Positions 44,582 through 53,449 of a DNA stretch of 64,000 nucleotides are shown piece after piece. The stretch lies in the IMG/VR virus record IMGVR_UViG_3300049979_000188. One strand, 5' to 3'. Both the position numbers and the translations under genes were made by a program. The DNA is from a virus. The notes under the pieces are model-generated. The model had not been told where the DNA came from and made no database searches. It saw only the letters and a program-made list of their open reading frames with translations. How positions within the stretch are numbered: the first letter of the stretch is position 1; every line of letters starts with the position of its first letter.

Positions 44582-45061
44582 TTAAAAAACCTGGTAGAAG
44601 AGTTCTCCGCCGCCGCCATCACGCAGCTCCAACTCCTTTACCTTCTCGGCTAGCATCTTACCCATGCGACTTCCTAAAAAAAGGAGACCCTCGACCGTGT
44701 AGTCATCGAAACCAAGCACGGCATCGGCCCCGTTTACGCTGCGTAGCATTAGCTGTAAGTCCAGCAGGGCTGAGGTGTAGAGGCTTAAACCAGGGCCGAC
44801 CAGCGAGGCCCACCCTTGGTAGTAAGCCAGTAGAATGGGCGGGTATAAGCCAGGCTGGGCATCCAGGTAGAAGACGGTAAGCAGGGCCATTCGTTCCTTA
44901 CTAGCTGGCAGAATCTCTTCCCCTTCATGGGTTCCCTCCATGCTGGGCAATAAATCAGGGTCTTCCTCGTAAACGTGAATTAGCACGTTACTGGCTTGAA
45001 AACGACCCAGCAAGGGGCGCGTAACAAGATGGGCGCTAAGCGCACTGACTGAAAACGCCAT
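44582..45061 (-). CDS. Hypothetical protein
   Basis: 159-aa ORF. Confidence 0.65.
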   Translation of the reverse strand: MAFSVSALSAHLVTRPLLGRFQASNVLIHVYEEDPDLLPSMEGTHEGEEILPASKERMALLTVFYLDAQPGLYPPILLAYYQGWASLVGPGLSLYTSALLDLQLMLRSVNGADAVLGFDDYTVEGLLFLGSRMGKMLAEKVKELELRDGGGGELFYQVF

Positions 45062-45062
45062 C

Positions 45063-45281
45063 TTAGCGAAGAGTCAAAAAAACGACCAGCATACCCGTAC
45101 TACAAAGCGGCCACAACGCCGCTGAGAGTCGTTGCAGGTAAGGATGGCGGGCCGCCCACTGCTGGTAGAGCTCGTAATTTTTAGTGACGGGTACCCCGCA
45201 CATAGAAGCCAGTAATTGGGCTGCAAAAGCACCACTTACCCCTGAAGCGGCTAGCAATAAAAACAAGTGCGCGTAGTTCAT
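45063..45281 (-). CDS. Small membrane protein
   Basis: Two hydrophobic segments. Confidence 0.6.
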   Translation of the reverse strand: MNYAHLFLLLAASGVSGAFAAQLLASMCGVPVTKNYELYQQWAARHPYLQRLSAALWPLCSTGMLVVFLTLR

Positions 45282-45646
45282 ACACCAGTCAGTAAAGAAG
45301 TGGAAGGATAATGATGAAAAAATGCACCGTCGGCCAGCAGCAGGTGGCGCCCACTCGTGGCCATGAAGCGCTCGCCCGGTACCGAGTCCAACCAGCAGTG
45401 AAAGCCACTTTGCCTGGCCACCGCTGCCAGCTGCTTTAGGGCGGGCTCCCAGGCGGCGCTGTTTTCCCAGTAAAGCAGGCAGCTTTTAAGGGTGAGTAGG
45501 CCCCGCTTATCCTGGTGTACGTAATAGTAGGCACGCCGGCCGACTGGGACCGCGCGTAAACGCGGCAAGTTGGCCGAGAGGGGGTATTGGGGCGTGGTTG
45601 AGTCCATAGAAGCGTACAAAGCTACTAAGTTTACGTTGAATTGCAA
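45278..45646 (-). CDS. Hypothetical protein
   Basis: 122-aa ORF; start codon uncertain (TTG). Confidence 0.55.
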   Translation of the reverse strand: MQFNVNLVALYASMDSTTPQYPLSANLPRLRAVPVGRRAYYYVHQDKRGLLTLKSCLLYWENSAAWEPALKQLAAVARQSGFHCWLDSVPGERFMATSGRHLLLADGAFFHHYPSTSLLTGV

Positions 45647-45659
45647 GCAAAATAAACCT

Positions 45660-45690
45660 AAAAAAAGAGAGGCCTAGCGCCTCTCTTTTT
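45660..45690 (-). terminator. Intrinsic terminator
   Basis: AAAAAAAGAGAGGC-CTA-GCGCCTCTCTTTTT. Confidence 0.8.
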
Positions 45691-45697
45691 CTTGCCC

Positions 45698-46648
45698 TTA
45701 CGCGCTTGGATTAGCCCGTTGTACGTCGGGATGGTTGTAGTTAAACACTACCACTGAGAACGGGTTGGGGAAGCCTTCGCGCTTCTCCACGCGGATGCAG
45801 CCGCAATCACGAAGTTCGTTAATAAGGTTACGGCGCTCGAAATCGGGTAATTGAGTCATTATGTCGGTGAGTCTTCGCAAAAAAGGCGACAACCAAACCT
45901 CCGACGATTTATGCTCAACTGCGTCACGCAGTAGGTAGCTCAGGCAGGTAAATGCGCGTTCTCCGCTAACGCGTCGCTGGGGCATAAACCCCGTGCCCGC
46001 GACGGTACTTTTTACCTCCTGCACTTCCAACTCGTTCTCAATCGGAACTACCGGGTAGCTGGGCGCCAGGGTAAGGGGCGGCAAAACTGCCGCATTTTCC
46101 AGCTCAGTTAGCGCCGCGCGCCGACTCTCGCTAAGAACGCTCAGGGCGTCGACGTAATGCTGGTCGCCGATAATTTGTAGCAGGTCCCCGGAAGTCGATT
46201 GCTTGAAACCCACCACCAGTATCTGACGACCCTGGCGACGTAAATGCTGGATAATGGGGATATAATCTCGGTCCCCGGCCATGAATACGAAACTGGTAAT
46301 ATCGGGCCGGGTGTAGAGCATTTCCAATCCGTCAATGCAGAGCTGCATATCGGCCGCATTTTTATGCTGTGTACCCAGCACATTGTGCGTGCTAGCACCC
46401 AGCAAATAAAGCGCCCCTAGCTGAGCACCCGGGCCCATGCGCTCGAAATCAGCGTAAGCATTAATAACCAGGGGCTCCAGGTGGAGTTTTTCTCGTAAAT
46501 GCCGCTGTAGCCCGCGCACAGTTTCGAGTACGCACTCCTGAGGGTCGCTCAAGGCCGGGTAGAAATTTTTAAAGTAGTAATAAAAGTTTTCGTAATCAAT
46601 TAGTATGGTGGCGTACCCTTTGGGTGGCGCAAGACTGCTTGGATTCAT
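45698..46648 (-). CDS. NYN (LabA/DUF88, PIN-like) ribonuclease-domain protein with a C-terminal extension
   Basis: ILIDYEN, KNAADMQLCID and MAGDRDYIPII..LRRQGRQILVVG. Confidence 0.88.
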   Translation of the reverse strand: MNPSSLAPPKGYATILIDYENFYYYFKNFYPALSDPQECVLETVRGLQRHLREKLHLEPLVINAYADFERMGPGAQLGALYLLGASTHNVLGTQHKNAADMQLCIDGLEMLYTRPDITSFVFMAGDRDYIPIIQHLRRQGRQILVVGFKQSTSGDLLQIIGDQHYVDALSVLSESRRAALTELENAAVLPPLTLAPSYPVVPIENELEVQEVKSTVAGTGFMPQRRVSGERAFTCLSYLLRDAVEHKSSEVWLSPFLRRLTDIMTQLPDFERRNLINELRDCGCIRVEKREGFPNPFSVVVFNYNHPDVQRANPSA

Positions 46649-46657
46649 TCTTTTTTT

Positions 46658-47005
46658 TTACTTAATAGGCGAGTTTAATTCACTGAGCGTCTTATAAATG
46701 ACAGCCGTGAGCTTTTTCATCATGGGCGCCAACCACCCGTTGCCGGTAAACGAGTGTTTCACTTCTTCCCCGCTGCGTTCGCGCCCGTAGACGTAGGTTG
46801 AATCAGCCGCCAGATAGGTATAACTGATTTCGCCAAATTCCACCACGTTGATGGGTTGCACCAAGCTCACCCGGTGGGTGGCGGGCAGCAAAGCGGCCGC
46901 ATCGAGCAAGCGCTGGCGATTGGCATTGCGCCGTTCACGCGTCTTACCGGTTAAGGTATTGATAGGCCCGGTGGGCCGGTAGAGGGGCGGGGCAGTGTCA
47001 GACAT
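46658..47005 (-). CDS. Hypothetical protein
   Basis: Start trimmed to MSDTAPP. Confidence 0.65.
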   Translation of the reverse strand: MSDTAPPLYRPTGPINTLTGKTRERRNANRQRLLDAAALLPATHRVSLVQPINVVEFGEISYTYLAADSTYVYGRERSGEEVKHSFTGNGWLAPMMKKLTAVIYKTLSELNSPIK

Positions 47006-47058
47006 AAAAAAAAAAGGGATGTGTACGTAGTTTACGTACACATCCCCTGGGTCGTTAC
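47006..47058 (-). promoter_or_regulatory. ECF-type promoter motif (47031-47058) embedded in a 14-bp-stem hairpin terminator
   Basis: GGGATGTGTACGTA-GTT-TACGTACACATCCC with an A10 tract; TTTACG-N17-GTTAC; the -35 contains the upstream TAA. Confidence 0.7.
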
Positions 47059-48398
47059 CTGGGCCTGGGTGAACTTTGCAGGAGCCGCCTGGAGGGGGCA
47101 ACCACGTTAGCAGGTACAGTTGGTTGCGGACCCGTGTTAGTCGACTTGCCGGCTACGCGCACGGGGGGTAGCGTAACGGGCGGTGGATTTTCATAGACGG
47201 CACTAAGGGCCTCAAAGGCGCGTACCGGGTTATGACGCTCGCGCATCAGCTCACCCTGGATAGTGGCCATCGAGAGGCGGCGCTCCGTAAAAAGAGTGGC
47301 AAGTTTAGTCGCCAGCTCCGAGGCCTGGGGAAAGCTAGTGGCTGGATAAAAGCGGTTGAAGATTTCCTTTACCAGTGGCCCGCTGGGGTTGTCAATCAGC
47401 ACCCGGACGTCAACTCGCCCGGGGCGTATGAGGGCCGGGTCCAGGCACTCGGGGTGATTGGCCGTCATAATGAGCAAGGTGCCGTGTCCGGAGCTCACGC
47501 CGTCGATGGCGTTGAGTACCCCACTGTAAGTCAGCCCTCGCTGGGTATCACCCGCCACTTCCCGCCCTGGCAGGACGGTGTCTACGTCTTCTAAGACGAT
47601 AATGCAGTGACGCAAGCTGTTAATTAAGCCGCTAAGCGTAGCATCCGTCAAATCCGGGTCACCCAGGTTAAGAATGTAGAGCGGGAGTGCCCAATGGCCA
47701 GCCAGGGCCTTGATAAGCGAGCTTTTGCCCCCGCCAGGCGGGCCGTAGAAAATGTAGCCCCGACGCCACGAAATACCCCGCTCGGCGTACCACTGCTCAC
47801 TGGCGAGGAACTCCCCAATATCGTGTTGGAGCGTCTGCTTGATGTCGGCGTCTAATATGACCGTATCGAGCGGACGCGGTAGCTGGCGTTCGCAATACCC
47901 CCAATTCGTGCCCGATTGCGTGCTAACCAGGATGCTGTTATCAGTAGGCGTGTATAAGCGCTTACCTTCCGCTAGGATGGTATCCCAGAATGCGCGGTCA
48001 CGTCCCAGCATCTGTAGGGTTAAGCGTACCAGTAGCTGCCCAGTTGCCCCGTTACCCGTACTAGCCGTATAGGAATCGCGTTCCAGCAGAAGGCGTTTAC
48101 CCGCGTAGCGGATAAGGTACTTACCCGGGGCAGGGCCCAATAAGGATTCGTCGTAGCGACTAATGGCCGTCACGTGCGGGGTTTGCGGCAAATACTTGTT
48201 ACACCAGCTCAGCAGCCAGTAGAACGTTTCCCCCCGCTGCTCGTCCACGCTTAGCGAAGACGTAAAGCGACGCTTGAGCAAATACGTGATATTGGTAAAC
48301 GTGCTTTTGCCCCAGTTGAGCAAGTTTCCCCCGGCGGCCCCTACTAGCACAGCCAGGTACGTGGGAATAGGTGGTAAAATTGGTAAAGGCATGCGCAA
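47055..48398 (-). CDS. BCS1-like AAA+ ATPase with an N-terminal TM anchor
   Basis: RRGYIFYGPPGGGKSS, IIVLEDVD, LTYSGVLNAIDG and MTANHPECLDPALIRPGRVD. Confidence 0.9.
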   Translation of the reverse strand: MRMPLPILPPIPTYLAVLVGAAGGNLLNWGKSTFTNITYLLKRRFTSSLSVDEQRGETFYWLLSWCNKYLPQTPHVTAISRYDESLLGPAPGKYLIRYAGKRLLLERDSYTASTGNGATGQLLVRLTLQMLGRDRAFWDTILAEGKRLYTPTDNSILVSTQSGTNWGYCERQLPRPLDTVILDADIKQTLQHDIGEFLASEQWYAERGISWRRGYIFYGPPGGGKSSLIKALAGHWALPLYILNLGDPDLTDATLSGLINSLRHCIIVLEDVDTVLPGREVAGDTQRGLTYSGVLNAIDGVSSGHGTLLIMTANHPECLDPALIRPGRVDVRVLIDNPSGPLVKEIFNRFYPATSFPQASELATKLATLFTERRLSMATIQGELMRERHNPVRAFEALSAVYENPPPVTLPPVRVAGKSTNTGPQPTVPANVVAPSRRLLQSSPRPR

Positions 48399-48451
48399 AC
48401 CAGCTGAAGGGTGAGTACCGGTATAGCTTTCTTGGCGAATGCAGTGCCCGG

Positions 48452-48500
48452 TTTACGCAAAAATACACCCCACTGTGCAAAAGACAATGGGGTGTACTAA
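48452..48500 (-). promoter_or_regulatory. Variant promoter motif TGCAC-N17-CGTAAA with the -35 in a terminator loop
   Basis: TTTACG at 48452, GTGCA at 48475, inside hairpin TACACCCCA...TGGGGTGTA. Confidence 0.45.
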
Positions 48501-48514
48501 TTTTAACGCGCAGA

Positions 48515-49609
48515 TTACGAAAGTGCTGCAGTAGTCGCACTAATCGTACCCAGCAGGGCCGGGGCCGCGATACGGCTAATGGTTACGGGCTGCTGCAGGC
48601 TGGCGGAGGCTTTCCAGGCGCCGGCCAAGGCCGCGGGCTCGTCCGTGAATACCTGGCCGTCGCTGGTCAAAAACAGGGTATTGCCTTGCGCAAAGAGTTG
48701 GGCCAGCAGAATGCCCACAGTACTTGGGGCTTCGGTGTCAAGTACAATGGCAGGGTTAGCGGGAGCGGGGGTTTCTGGCATGTCAATGACTGGGGGAAGT
48801 GGGAGGGTGAGAGGCCCAAGTGCTGTAACAACGCTTGAATCTACTTCTACGGGAAATTTACTGGTCTGACTAGGAGCGGGCTCGGGTAGAGGCTCAGCTA
48901 CTGCCACGCTAACGTCTTCTTTGCTTGCTGGCTTATGGTAGGAAGTACCCGTAAGCGGCAAATCCAAGATAGCCCGAATTTCGTCCTGGGTTTTTGCTTC
49001 TTCGATAGCCGTTAAGGCCAGGCTATGGATAAGGTTGAGCTCTTCGTTTAGCTCTCCCGTAGGGTCAGCACTGGGGTTGATGTGCTTCGTAACGGGGTTC
49101 CAGTCAGTGGGCAAAACAGCTATCTCTGTGACAAAATAAACACGGATAAGCTTACCTGCTGCATTGTTTCGCGCATAAACAAACTTAACTCGGGCTGGAA
49201 GTCCTTCGCCTGCCTGACGTTCCAAATAGAAGAAACGCGTGGTTTTCTTCGGAAACTTTTCTTTTGGGGCTACGGTGACCACGGGCTCCACTACAATGGG
49301 AACCGTTACTTCTGGAGCTGGAGCTGGAGCTGGAGCTGGAGCTGGATGTTGACGCTCGCTGCCACGGGGTCCGCGTAGGACGGCAGGTAAGCGAGATGTG
49401 CTGCTTACTTCATCAAGGCCAATGAGTTGTCCCCGTAGGCGCTCAGCCGCACTAAGGGCGCGTTCATAACGCCGGTTAAAGGCTGATTGCTGCCGCCAAC
49501 GCTCGAATTCAGCCCAACTCGGCATGCCGGGCTTTCGCAGCAGCTCGTGCAGCTTCGTGCCTTTTGCGAGCTCATCAAAAATAGATTTTTGCAGCGGGGT
49601 TAGTTTCAT
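48515..49609 (-). CDS. Putative DNA-binding protein: TerS-like HTH, Pro-Ala linker and Arm-type DNA-binding domain
   Basis: ELAKG.KL.ELLRKPGMPSW..F.RW....F..RYERA; FYLE...VTEIAVLPTDWNP...ELNEEL resembles the Bacteroidota integrase Arm domain. Confidence 0.55.
   Translation of the reverse strand: MKLTPLQKSIFDELAKGTKLHELLRKPGMPSWAEFERWRQQSAFNRRYERALSAAERLRGQLIGLDEVSSTSRLPAVLRGPRGSERQHPAPAPAPAPAPEVTVPIVVEPVVTVAPKEKFPKKTTRFFYLERQAGEGLPARVKFVYARNNAAGKLIRVYFVTEIAVLPTDWNPVTKHINPSADPTGELNEELNLIHSLALTAIEEAKTQDEIRAILDLPLTGTSYHKPASKEDVSVAVAEPLPEPAPSQTSKFPVEVDSSVVTALGPLTLPLPPVIDMPETPAPANPAIVLDTEAPSTVGILLAQLFAQGNTLFLTSDGQVFTDEPAALAGAWKASASLQQPVTISRIAAPALLGTISATTAALS
49312..49346. repeat. Hexamer tandem repeat (CTGGAG)x5 plus a partial copy, encoding a PAPAPAPAP linker
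   Basis: Read directly. Confidence 0.85.
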
Positions 49610-49625
49610 GAGAATAAAAAACTGT

Positions 49626-50315
49626 TTACAAATCGGTTACCAAGTACACCTTAGCCAGGGGCCAGTCACTTTGGTGAAGAACTGGCCCCGAATGTGTGTT
49701 GTGGACCTGCCGGTGGTTCATGTCGAACTTGAGCAGGGTTTTATAGAGTTCGTAGCTACGCACTACTTCGCGGCTAATCTCGTCGTCGGGGTCCCACTGA
49801 ATACCTCGTTGTTCACCCGGGCTAAGGGTCGGGTAGAGCAGCAAGCCAAGCTTAGGGAAGCTGTGACGCAATTTATGCTCTTGCTCGATGATGCGACTGC
49901 GTAACTCAATGGGCCAGTCCAGGTAGTAGACCTGACCGGCTAAAAAACGAGAGTAGGCTTCGAGCGCATCGGCGACCACTCGCAACTCAGGCTCCTGCAG
50001 GGTCGTGAAGGCCGTATCCCGGGTTGCGCGGATAAAGAGAAATTGCTTACCAAGCCACCAAAGGCTGTCGAGGGTGGGCCAAATGTCTTTATCGGCGCCA
50101 ACGGGTTTATCTGCCGGGAACAAGAGGGTGTTTACCTCAGCCAGCGCTTGCGTAAGTTTAGCTGCTTGCAGCTCCGGCTGCTTGCGTAAGACAAGCGGGA
50201 GCTTTTCCAGGCTGAGTTGTCCACTCAGCAAGGTGCGCATGAAGGTAAGTGCACGGAAAGTAAGGCCGACTTGCTCGCGGGTAAGCTTCCAGGTCACAAC
50301 GTAAGTAGCGTTCAT
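49626..50315 (-). CDS. Hypothetical protein
   Basis: Start trimmed to MNATYVV. Confidence 0.7.
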   Translation of the reverse strand: MNATYVVTWKLTREQVGLTFRALTFMRTLLSGQLSLEKLPLVLRKQPELQAAKLTQALAEVNTLLFPADKPVGADKDIWPTLDSLWWLGKQFLFIRATRDTAFTTLQEPELRVVADALEAYSRFLAGQVYYLDWPIELRSRIIEQEHKLRHSFPKLGLLLYPTLSPGEQRGIQWDPDDEISREVVRSYELYKTLLKFDMNHRQVHNTHSGPVLHQSDWPLAKVYLVTDL

Positions 50316-50319
50316 AAAA

Positions 50320-51573
50320 TTAGGGTATGCGGCGGTCAACAAGGGGTTGACGACCACGGTAAACAAGTCCGCTCAACCCGTCGATAGTCAGCCACTCACC
50401 CTGAGCAACCCGCTCGCCGGAGGCCAGCACCAGGGTGTTGTTTTCGATTGTAAAGTTGGCCCCGACTACGGCCGGAATGCCGGCGCGCATGGCTTCGAGG
50501 GCGGCATGGGAGGTTTGACCACCCGTGTGGGTGAGAATGCCCCCGCACTGGACCATATCCACGACTTCTTCGGCAAAGGTATGCTCGGCTACGTAGAGGC
50601 AATCAGCTCCCGTCTGAGCCGGCTTGGGCCCAAAGAAAACGCGGCCGCTCACCGCGCCTGAAACTGCACCCAACCCTTGGGCTACGGGCCACTCAGTAGT
50701 AGCAATGCTTAGCCACCAGGGCGCCTTGCTGTCGCGCCGGTTTACCAGGCTTTCCGCTTGCTGGGGCGTGAGAATACCCACGCGCTGCATCGAGGCCGCA
50801 ATACGCGCAGCCGCTGGCGCGGCAATGTGGCGCAGCAACCGGGCTTGCACCAAGTAGAGGATGGGCTCTGCCCCGGCAACAGGACTCGGTGAGAAGACAA
50901 ATTCTACGTCAACGGGCCCGCCAAAGCGACTTTCCAGTAGTGGCTGTAGGGCGCGTAAACGCGCCTGGTAGTCGAGCGGGAGCTCCTGACTCGGGGTTTG
51001 CCTGCCGCCCACAAGTTCGCCGCCGGTAGTGGCTTCCAAGGCCTCAATAATACCCACCTCAGCGCCCGTATGGGGGTTACGGCTAAAGTAAGTGCCGGCC
51101 CAGCTGCCGGGCTCAGGGGCCACGTAGTTCTGAATCACAATCCCCATTCCAAACTTTTGGTCCAGGCGATAAAGCGCGCGAAACTTGGTGGCCGATTCGC
51201 TGTACCAGGACCCGATTACGCGCCGCAGTGCGGCGTGCAACGCGCGCGTGTTCAGCGTACGCGGGTCGGCGTTGGGCACATCAACGACCGTCTCCAACTG
51301 TCCGGGCATAGATACCAGCGGGGAGGAGCGCACGGCCAATCGCTGACCCAGGTGCAGGTACACCTCGTTTTCTACCTGGGCCCAGTCAGCGTGGTAAATA
51401 CCCAGGCCGGGCTCGTGCTGCGCGATATGCTCGTATTCGGCCGGCAGGATGAGCGCGCGGGGTACCTGAAAAAGTCCGCAAAAGCTGAGTTCACCCAGCA
51501 CCAGCAGGTTGGCAGCCTTTGCGCCAATGTTAACTTCGTCGGCGTGGGGGTCAAGCAGGGTTACCGGATTCAT
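50320..51573 (-). CDS. Truncated pyruvate phosphate dikinase-like protein (ATP-grasp plus phospho-His domains only)
   Basis: IGAKAANL, VRSS..VSMPG.LETV, AGT.FSRNP.TG, DVEF, LYLVQAR and GGQTSHAA (His carrier); no C-terminal PEP/pyruvate barrel. Confidence 0.85.
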   Translation of the reverse strand: MNPVTLLDPHADEVNIGAKAANLLVLGELSFCGLFQVPRALILPAEYEHIAQHEPGLGIYHADWAQVENEVYLHLGQRLAVRSSPLVSMPGQLETVVDVPNADPRTLNTRALHAALRRVIGSWYSESATKFRALYRLDQKFGMGIVIQNYVAPEPGSWAGTYFSRNPHTGAEVGIIEALEATTGGELVGGRQTPSQELPLDYQARLRALQPLLESRFGGPVDVEFVFSPSPVAGAEPILYLVQARLLRHIAAPAAARIAASMQRVGILTPQQAESLVNRRDSKAPWWLSIATTEWPVAQGLGAVSGAVSGRVFFGPKPAQTGADCLYVAEHTFAEEVVDMVQCGGILTHTGGQTSHAALEAMRAGIPAVVGANFTIENNTLVLASGERVAQGEWLTIDGLSGLVYRGRQPLVDRRIP

Positions 51574-51601
51574 GGACAGGGGTTGTTGGTTTCGTAGCTA
51601 G

Positions 51602-51629
51602 TTTACGGAAAACCCGGTTTACCCGTTAC
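51602..51629 (-). promoter_or_regulatory. ECF-type promoter motif
   Basis: TTTACG-N17-GTTAC; gene start at 51573. Confidence 0.7.
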
Positions 51630-51630
51630 G

Positions 51631-52038
51631 CTACTCTGGTTTGACCAGGGCCAGGAAACCTTCAAGGCTGCGGATAATCTCGTCGTTGAAGGTAAAGCCC
51701 AGTACCGGCTGAGTGGCCGCCCACGTGCAGATAGCCTGCGTCTGGGCGGCCGTAGCACTGGCCTGGCACAGCGTAAATTCAGTGTCTGAGACTCTGACCC
51801 AGCCCAGTCCATCGAGGTAGTCCTGCGCGTCGAACTGCCGCCACTCCCCGCTGTCCTCGTGGGCTTGCTCGGCCAAAGGAAACAGGGTATAAACAAGGCG
51901 CCGGGCGAGGCGAAAATGGCCCACGTGATGGCCCGGGAAATAGGCCCCTTCTGGACTCAGGTACCCGTACTTGGACGTTTGCTGCAACTCTTCGCTTTGG
52001 CAGTAAACACTCCCGTCGCGGTTCAGTATCGTTGTCAT
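51631..52038 (-). CDS. Paralog family member 1 (GYLSPEG..H..GWVRVS)
   Basis: Shares motifs with four neighbouring ORFs. Confidence 0.75.
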   Translation of the reverse strand: MTTILNRDGSVYCQSEELQQTSKYGYLSPEGAYFPGHHVGHFRLARRLVYTLFPLAEQAHEDSGEWRQFDAQDYLDGLGWVRVSDTEFTLCQASATAAQTQAICTWAATQPVLGFTFNDEIIRSLEGFLALVKPE

Positions 52039-52064
52039 TGCTAAAAAAGGCTATGCTGGCCGGC

Positions 52065-52577
52065 TTAGTAAAGGCGCACTCGCTTGAGAAAATCCTCCAC
52101 GGTACATGGACTAGTGTTGTACTCAAACTTGGTGCGCTCACCGCTTTGCATCCACGTTAGCAGGGCGGCGACCTGCGCGTCACTGGGGTAGAGAAACGGA
52201 TACTCTTCCAGCGGTTTACCCGGATTGGCCGCCGACCACTCCGACATGGACGTGAAGTAAATGATATGCCCGCTGCTGATTTTAACCCACCCATTAGTGC
52301 GGAAAAATGTTTCAGCCTCTTCTTCCAGCTGGTACTTGTCCAGGTGAGCCGGAATGGGGCGCTCGGGGTAGAGGGCCGTAAACTCGACTACTTCTTCAGG
52401 CGTGAGGTAGGTCTGGGGCACGCTGTAGTGCAGGGGCTGCTCGGGGAAGAGGGCCGCGTGCAGCCGGGGACCAAAGCGACGGTGAGCCTGGTAACCACAG
52501 GCGTAGAAAAGGCCGTTGCGGTCCAGGTAGCCGTCGATATAACTACCGCTCAGGGGTTGGGGAAGTAGCGTGCTCAT
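52065..52577 (-). CDS. Paralog family member 2 (GYLDRNG..CGYQAH..GWVKISSG)
   Basis: Shared motifs. Confidence 0.75.
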   Translation of the reverse strand: MSTLLPQPLSGSYIDGYLDRNGLFYACGYQAHRRFGPRLHAALFPEQPLHYSVPQTYLTPEEVVEFTALYPERPIPAHLDKYQLEEEAETFFRTNGWVKISSGHIIYFTSMSEWSAANPGKPLEEYPFLYPSDAQVAALLTWMQSGERTKFEYNTSPCTVEDFLKRVRLY

Positions 52578-52912
52578 ACTAGGGTTACGGTAAAAAGTTT
52601 CTCTACGCGTTCCAAGTGGTGCGTAAACATGAGCGCCTTGGCGCGTAAGGTGTGGTGTCCGTAGTCAGACCCGATAAGGGCCGTAATTGAATCGAGCACA
52701 AACACCAAAAAATCACGCTGGCGCCAGATATTCTGATGGTATTGGTCAATACTGTCAAGGACAGTCAACCATTGCGCAGCCGTTAAGAGTGGCCCGTGCT
52801 GCATAACGAACAGCTGGCGTTGTTGCGTGACATCCCGACTGGGAAAGTAAGATTCGTAGAGGGCATCGAATTCGGCCGCGATGCTGGTGCGCTGCTTCGG
52901 AGTCAAGTACAT
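52574..52912 (-). CDS. Hypothetical protein
   Basis: 112-aa ORF with start/stop coupling. Confidence 0.65.
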   Translation of the reverse strand: MYLTPKQRTSIAAEFDALYESYFPSRDVTQQRQLFVMQHGPLLTAAQWLTVLDSIDQYHQNIWRQRDFLVFVLDSITALIGSDYGHHTLRAKALMFTHHLERVEKLFTVTLV

Positions 52913-52921
52913 AAAAAACGC

Positions 52922-53374
52922 TTACGTACTGGAAGGGCGCTGACCACGGCCGGGTACACGCACAGTGGTAGGTTTGGGCAACGCAACGTGAAAGAAAGGT
53001 ACCTGCCGGGCTAGAAACTCGGCGAGCGTACACTCCTGCAGGTTATAGTAGAGGAAGCCTTGCTCCCCACTCTCCTGCCACCTGATAACGGCCTGTAGCT
53101 GGGCCTCACTCATGACTTCGAGCTCACTGGCCATCTCCTCATCCTGCGGGGCGTAGAGCAGCCGGCCGCTGCTGAGCTTTGTCCACCCCTGGTTGATAAA
53201 CCAACGCTCCGCGTTCTGGGGCTTTGTGGCTTGCGGGTAGAGGTGGGCGAAGAGCTCGGGGGCAAAGAGCCGGTGACCCTGACGCTCGCAGCGGTAGAAG
53301 CGACCCGCTCGGTCTAAAAAACCCGTTGGGCAATAGCCGGCAAGCATTTCTGAGTGGAAGGCAACACTATCCAT
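52922..53374 (-). CDS. Paralog family member 3 (GFLDRAG..CERQGH..GWTKLSSG)
   Basis: Shared motifs. Confidence 0.75.
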   Translation of the reverse strand: MDSVAFHSEMLAGYCPTGFLDRAGRFYRCERQGHRLFAPELFAHLYPQATKPQNAERWFINQGWTKLSSGRLLYAPQDEEMASELEVMSEAQLQAVIRWQESGEQGFLYYNLQECTLAEFLARQVPFFHVALPKPTTVRVPGRGQRPSST

Positions 53375-53404
53375 GGTGCGTCAAGTAGAGTAAGTACTGG
53401 CTGG

Positions 53405-53440
53405 TTTACGCACAACAGGCCCGGCTTGTTACGCCGGGCC
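53405..53440 (-). promoter_or_regulatory. ECF-type promoter motif (53405-53432) with the -35 in a hairpin loop
   Basis: TTTACG-N17-GTTAC within GGCCCGGC...GCCGGGCC. Confidence 0.7.
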
Positions 53441-53449
53441 CGGAGAGAA

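Noticed and set aside
46649-47015. Homopolymer T/A tracts as slippage switches
   Set aside because: They are intergenic leader or terminator tracts, typical of SD-less Bacteroidota-type leaders.
49312-49346. Phase-variable contingency repeat
   Set aside because: The hexamer unit keeps the frame and simply encodes a Pro-Ala linker.
48515-49609. True terminase small subunit or integrase
   Set aside because: No large terminase nearby and no tyrosine-recombinase catalytic domain; only isolated DNA-binding modules.
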